Shown here piece after piece: positions 12,001-18,000 of a stretch of DNA of 64,000 nucleotides (positions are counted from its first letter, which is position 1; each line of letters opens with the position of its first letter). Position numbers and translations under genes: made by a program. Source of the DNA: Candidatus Omnitrophota bacterium (GTDB taxonomy: Bacteria > Omnitrophota > Omnitrophia > Omnitrophales > Omnitrophaceae); contig JAKQXH010000095.1 of the NCBI GenBank assembly GCA_029561555.1, positions 10,124-74,123 of the forward strand, given 5' to 3'. The notes beneath the pieces were generated by a model. It had not been told where the DNA came from and ran no database searches. It saw only the letters and a list, made by a program, of their open reading frames with translations.

Positions 12001-15000
12001 CCTCATAAGCGGCATCCGGTCCCATTCGCAAAGAATGAAGGGCATCGTAACCGTCCCGGTTCCTCGCCCCCCCCTCCTGCTCGGAGCCGAATTCGTAATC
12101 GCAAAGGACGATGATTTTCTCATCCGGCACCCCCTCGGCGCGCAGCTGTTTCACCTGCGCGAGGACTTCATCCACACTCCCGACGGTGTGGATATGGTCG
12201 AAAAACCCGCCGACAACGCTTCGAATCGTATCCTGAATGAACGGCTTATCGTCGGCGATAATCACATGGCAATCACGGTAGCGGGCGGTTATTTCGGGCG
12301 CAATTCCCGATTCTTCGGGCGTGATCTCAAGAGGAGGAAAAGAAAATGTCTCCCCCCATGCCGGCTCCCCGGATTCTTCGCCTTCCGCCGCCTTTTCGCT
12401 CGTTCCGGGAGCAGATGCTTCGCCATATTCCCCGCGCATTGAAAAGGCCTTGACGCTTTCCTCGAGTCTCCCGACATCCGCCCCTTTCAATTGGACGGAA
12501 ATCTGCCCTTTTTGATATCGGCTCCAAAGATCCGGGTATTTCTGAAGCTCGGCGATAACGGCCGAATCTTCCCCCGATAAAATGACCACCGCACCCGTGA
12601 AATCGCGCGTTTCAAAAGCCTGCCTCAAAAACCGGACGCCGTTATCGCTTCGATCCGTGTCATAATTCCCAAGCTGAAAATCCACTAGAATAAAATTGAC
12701 CTCCGCATCCGCGGTAAAAGCTTCGAGGGCTTCCTCCCGGGTAGCGGCTGCGGCAACGCCCTTGACTTCCCCCATGTCATTAAGGTCGAGTTCTATAGCC
12801 GAACGCGTTGATTGGTCATCATCCAGCATCAAAACCCGTATTGGGGTCACGCCTGGGTTTGACCCCAAGCTTGCGCCTTTAGTTGCCGGAAGATTTTTAT
12901 CCCGCCGCTCGGCCGTCGCCTGTATCACCCGGTTGAATTCCGGCCATAAGGTCCGCACGCTTTCGAAAAAGTCTCGGTGAATTTCAAGAAGTTCGACGTC
13001 TGTCTCGGCTGAAATCGTCGCCGTCCGGACCCCTTCTTTCGTCATGAGCGCGATCTCCCCGAAATAATCGTCTTCCTTCAGGGAAAATTTTTCCCGCGCC
13101 GTCTTTCCGTTTCGCTTGATTCTTTTTTCGCCCCCGACCCGTCCTCTCTTGATAATGAAAACACTCTCCGCCTTGTCACCCTGCTTCAGGATCACGCTTC
13201 CCGCCTTGAATGAACGGTGCTCGGCCCGTGCCGCGAGATACGCCAAGGCATTGTAGCCTAGGGGTTCGAAGGGATTGTAGGGGCGGGGATTCTGCTGCAT
13301 TTTCTCGAGAAAACCGATGTTTTCCCTGGTTCGCCGGATTCGCTCTTCCGCTTCCGGCGTCCGGATCAGCCGGTCAAACTGATCCGCCGTCAAAGTCAGC
13401 GTCGTTACTTTCGAAATCGCCCGGACCGTGGCGCCGCGTTTTTCGCCCGTCACAAGCGCCAGTTCCCCGACCGACGTCCCTTTCCGGACATACGCCAGCA
13501 CCTTCCCGTTCTGAATCACGGCGGCATCGCCCGAGAGAATGATGATGAAGTCCGAACTTCCTTCCCGCGCGTAAGTCCCCTGTTCGATCATGACCTCCTG
13601 AGGCTTGAATTCCCGTATCGCTCCCGTCTCGAGAATCCTCTGCAATTCCTTCTGGCTTTTTTCGGAAAGGAGAGAGACGAGACTCACCACCTGCAGGAAA
13701 TAATTCCGGCGGAGTTCCCCGTCCGAAGGCAGAATCGTTTCGGTTTTCATCGGCCTCCCCGTAACGATTGAAATATTTCTCTTTAAATTGCCGTCCGGGT
13801 CCGTGAAAAAATATCGGAAGCGGGACATCACGCGAGCCAGGTCCCGGCCGCGTAGGCCTTCCTCCCGTAGGACTCCGAGATAATCCGGCGATCCCCGCAA
13901 CGCGCTCAATTGCGAGCTCCCGGGAAAACCGATCACACGGGAGACCCTGCCCCGGGAATACCCGATTTTGAATCCGATCGAAGGATAGTGCGTGGGATTA
14001 TGCCGGATCTCGATGCTGACTTTTTCCCCGTCCGGCAGGGAAAGTTGATTTTTCATAAAATCCAGCAGCGGCACAAAATCGACATATCCCGCCTGTTCGA
14101 TGTCTTGCCCTAAAATGGTCTCGGCCCGTTTCAGGAAATCAAAATACACGGGAAAGGACGTCAGCAATGTCGTTTTCTTCCCCGTAAAAAGCCATTTCAA
14201 AAGCGCGCTGTCTTTCCCCAAGCGGTTATTGGTCAGAAGCACATACGGGACATCGTCTTTGGTAAGATTCAAAAGTTCTATTTTCTGAAGGGCTTCGAAA
14301 GTCGGATCCACCAGAATCCCCTTCCCCCCGACCCACACGATAAAACTCGGAATCCGATGCCCTCTTCCCGGTGCTTCACCGGTATCCAAAACCGTATAAC
14401 CGAAACGGGGCCTCAGCTCTCCGGCAAGCAGTTCCCGAACACTCTGCGGGATAGTTCCCGAAACGTGATATGGCCTGCGATAATCGACGTCGATGATGCG
14501 CTCTTCCGGAGCCGGAATCTCGACCGGCCGATAACCTTGCCCCGGAAATGAAGGCGCGACATAGGAAACTTCCCGCACCGTGAATCTTTCCTCATCCCGT
14601 TCGGCGCGAATAATTTCCACTTCGCCCAAAACCCGGCCGGGCCGGCGCGCATCCACCATCGGCACCCTGACCTTGTTCTCTTCGAAAGGAATAAAATTCA
14701 CAAAATCGGAAAGGCGGCGCCGGCCTTTTCCGCTTCCCGCCGCGGACAGATTCTGCGCCGCGCGTATACTTGCCTCAACCGCGGAAATTTCGCCGAGTAT
14801 CTCCGGAGCATCCGGGGCCAGTCCTCTTTGCTGCGCCAAAGCCCTTTCCCATCTTTTCCGAAACGTTTGCCAATCCGCCGACTCAAAATCGACTCCGAAC
14901 ATCGTCTGCTCAAGGTACCCTTTCAGGGCGTCCATCTGCTCTTGAGTCAGAACGAGATTAATCCGGATACCGCTCCGCATCGTGAACGCGAAAAACTCCA

Positions 15001-18000
15001 ACACCGATCCCAAATCGGCGTAATTGATGCCTCCCCGGAAAAACGCGGGCGGAAGAACAAAGGTCACCGGGAAATCCTTCCCCGAATCCAACTGCCCGCG
15101 AAGATCTCTCAGAGTTTCAAACGGCAGGGTAAATTGAATTTTCCCGAATGCGGTTTCCACGATCTGATATCCGGCGAGTTCTTTTTCGACGTCGGGACCG
15201 AGCGCCGAGCGAATCTGTTCCCGGAAGCGCAGAGGAAAGTGGCTGAAACGGTATTTGAACGCGCTCACCGCCGCCCTTCGGAGTTCTTCCGGCGAAAGTC
15301 TCGCCGCCTTGGCAATGTTCACGTATTCTTCGAAAAGACTCGTCCCGAAAATCCCCGAATCGTCCGTGTTGATCGTCACGATCGGCTTCTTCCCGACCAA
15401 CCCGTCGCTCGCGGTCGTTCCGTTCGGGAAGCTGTGCCTCAAAAACCTTCTCAAAGGATGATCTCCGTAACTCGCCACCGGTCCGATAAACACATTGGAG
15501 GTCGGATTCGCCTCTATCACAATCTCCCGCTCCGCGATCCGGTTCAGGACATAATTCTGCCGCGCCGCCAAGTTCCGGACGGCGTCTTCATCGTAGCGAA
15601 TCGTCACAAAACTGCCCTGATAGCGCGGAGCGTCCCTCATCAGCAGTAATTCCGAAAAAAGCCTCCGTTCCTTCGCCGCATCAACGGAAGCCCCTCGCAA
15701 AATCGAATAAATGAGCGGCGCAATTACCCCGTCCACCTGCTTGTATTTTTTCCGGTACCCGCGAAGTTCCCTTTTCAATCTCCGCGTATCAATCGCAAGC
15801 CCCGCTTTGCCGAGCCGCCAGGCGTCGAATTTAGCCGCTTTGAGATCGTAATAAATCTGAAAAAGCCTTTCGCTCACATGTTCCCGCCGCTCCGTCCCCA
15901 AAAACTGCGAGACATCCACTCCGACGACCAACCCGTGGCCGATCCGGTTGATCCCCAGCTCAATCGCCTCGTCCACATGGCGGATCGCGCTTTCGATCGA
16001 CGTATTTTCAAAATCCTCGCCGACATGATATGTGAGCCCAAGCTGGGGCTCCCCCCGTTCGCCGCGCCGCCGGTTGTAATCCTTGACCTGCCGGAAGACA
16101 TCAACAAAATGCGGCGGAACTTTCAATTGCTCCGCGTTGGCGACGTCGAACCCGACCACGTATTCCCTGAGTTCGGGATAGAGCGCCGAATAGTATTCCA
16201 GGATATGAAGCAAGGCCTGCACCTGCTTCGCAATTGTCCCCATGCTGTGATATTTCTCGATCGTGACGATAATTTTCGTCTCAAGGCCGACTTCGTCGTT
16301 CAAAAGGCGGGTGTTGACCTCATTTTCCGCGGCACGCAATCCCCGGATCGTCGCGAGAAGCCTCTCAAGTGTCAGCTGGATCAGTTTCTGCTCGTCTTGT
16401 TCCCGCGGCATGGAGGTGCGGAGTTCAAGAAGCCTGACCCCTTCTTTGTAGTTCCGGAGCGCAATTCTTCGCGCGACATCCTCGATAATTTCGGGAGACC
16501 CTTTGGAAAGACGCCCCGCCACTTCATAGACCACCACGAAATCTTCCAAATGCCCTTTCTTTTCCGGACGATATTGCGTAAAGTGGGTAAATTGATTTTT
16601 CAGTCCTTGCAATTCACTCTGAAGCTCCTCCTGCCGGCTCGCCGAGGCTTTTCCTTCCTCCAATTGTTTTCTAACTTGCCGGGCACGGCTCAGGAGGCCG
16701 TTCAAATCCACCGGCTGGCCGAAGATCTTGCTCAGTTCGACATTCAAATCGTCCCAGCGGACGTCGTTTCTCATCAGCGCGAGAGACCACAAATCTTCCG
16801 GATGGATCGATCCTCCGAAATGCGCGTGCCCTTCCGCCAGCGGAATCTGTTTCAGAAAAGCCTCGACTTCGCTCCAGTCCTCGCCCAAACTCGCGCCGCG
16901 AGCCGCGATCACCGTTTTCTCCTTCTGCTCAAGAATCTTGATCATCTCCCCGGCTAACGCTTTTCCGGTCATCCCGGACAAATCGGCAAGAAGATCCCGA
17001 TAGGGGGTTTGCGACAACGCCGCGGCCGAAAGGGCAAAAATCTGTTTTCGTTCCGTCACGCTCAAGTCATCTTTCCCGTTCAGCCGGTTCAAAATCGCAA
17101 GCAGCGCAAAACGATCTCTCAGACCGAAAGATTCGTCCCCGGCGATTATTTGTTCAACGCCTGAAGGATCGTCAAAATAAAATGCGTACGCCATGATCCT
17201 CATCCCAAACTGGGGACCGTTCTTCTCATCCCGTTCGCCGGGCATTTCATCCCCCGTCAATCCGGGTACTTCCGGAACGCCACCAAGACTCGCGGCGACC
17301 GCTCCCGCAAGTTCCGGCTGATGCCTTCGCAAAACAGCCCCTTTCGCGTCTTCAATCGCGCGGGCGCGAACCGTAGCGGCGGCCGCTCCCCACATGGCTT
17401 CAAAATCCCCGGCCGGCATGAAATTTCCGGCCGGCATCGCTTCGGAAGTCTCGATTTTCGGAGCAACTCCCATCATCGCGTTGAGATAAATCTCGCTTCC
17501 CTGTTCCGCCTTGGTAATCCTCGGTTGAATCGATACGTAGGAAATTCCCGCTTCCCGCGCCCATGTCTCAAGCCCCTGCGCGTGAAAACCTCCGGTCAAA
17601 ACGGCGGCCCCCGTTCTTTTCCCTTCCCGCATCGCTTCGAGAATCCTCTCCCGGAACGCCTCTTCCCGCTTCACGGCCAAACCGTAAAATCGGGCCGCAT
17701 TCTCAAAAACAGAGTCCATCTCCCCGGCCGCCCGCAGCCCGAGTTTTCCCGTTTTCACGCCCCGAAATTCGCCGATCCTTTCCGCAAGACGCGAAGGCGT
17801 CCGGCTCTCCCGATCCGCCGTAAGCCGGTCATAATCCCGCCGGATCAGATCCAGCCTGAGCAGTTTTTCGGTAAGCCAAACGTCACGGATCAACAAAATG
17901 GTTTCCTTCTCTTCCTCCCCCCGGGCAAGCCGGGAAAGAATCGCGTCCGCCAGTTTTTCCGTCTCATCAAAAACCGCTTGGGCGTTTACTTCCGCCCAAA

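Noticed and set aside
15240-16870. RADAR-like anti-phage system, because of the adenosine-deaminase domain.
   Set aside because: There is no RdrA-like ATPase partner gene. The deaminase is an internal domain of a giant ORF, not a stand-alone RdrB-like protein. No other defence-island hallmarks are nearby.
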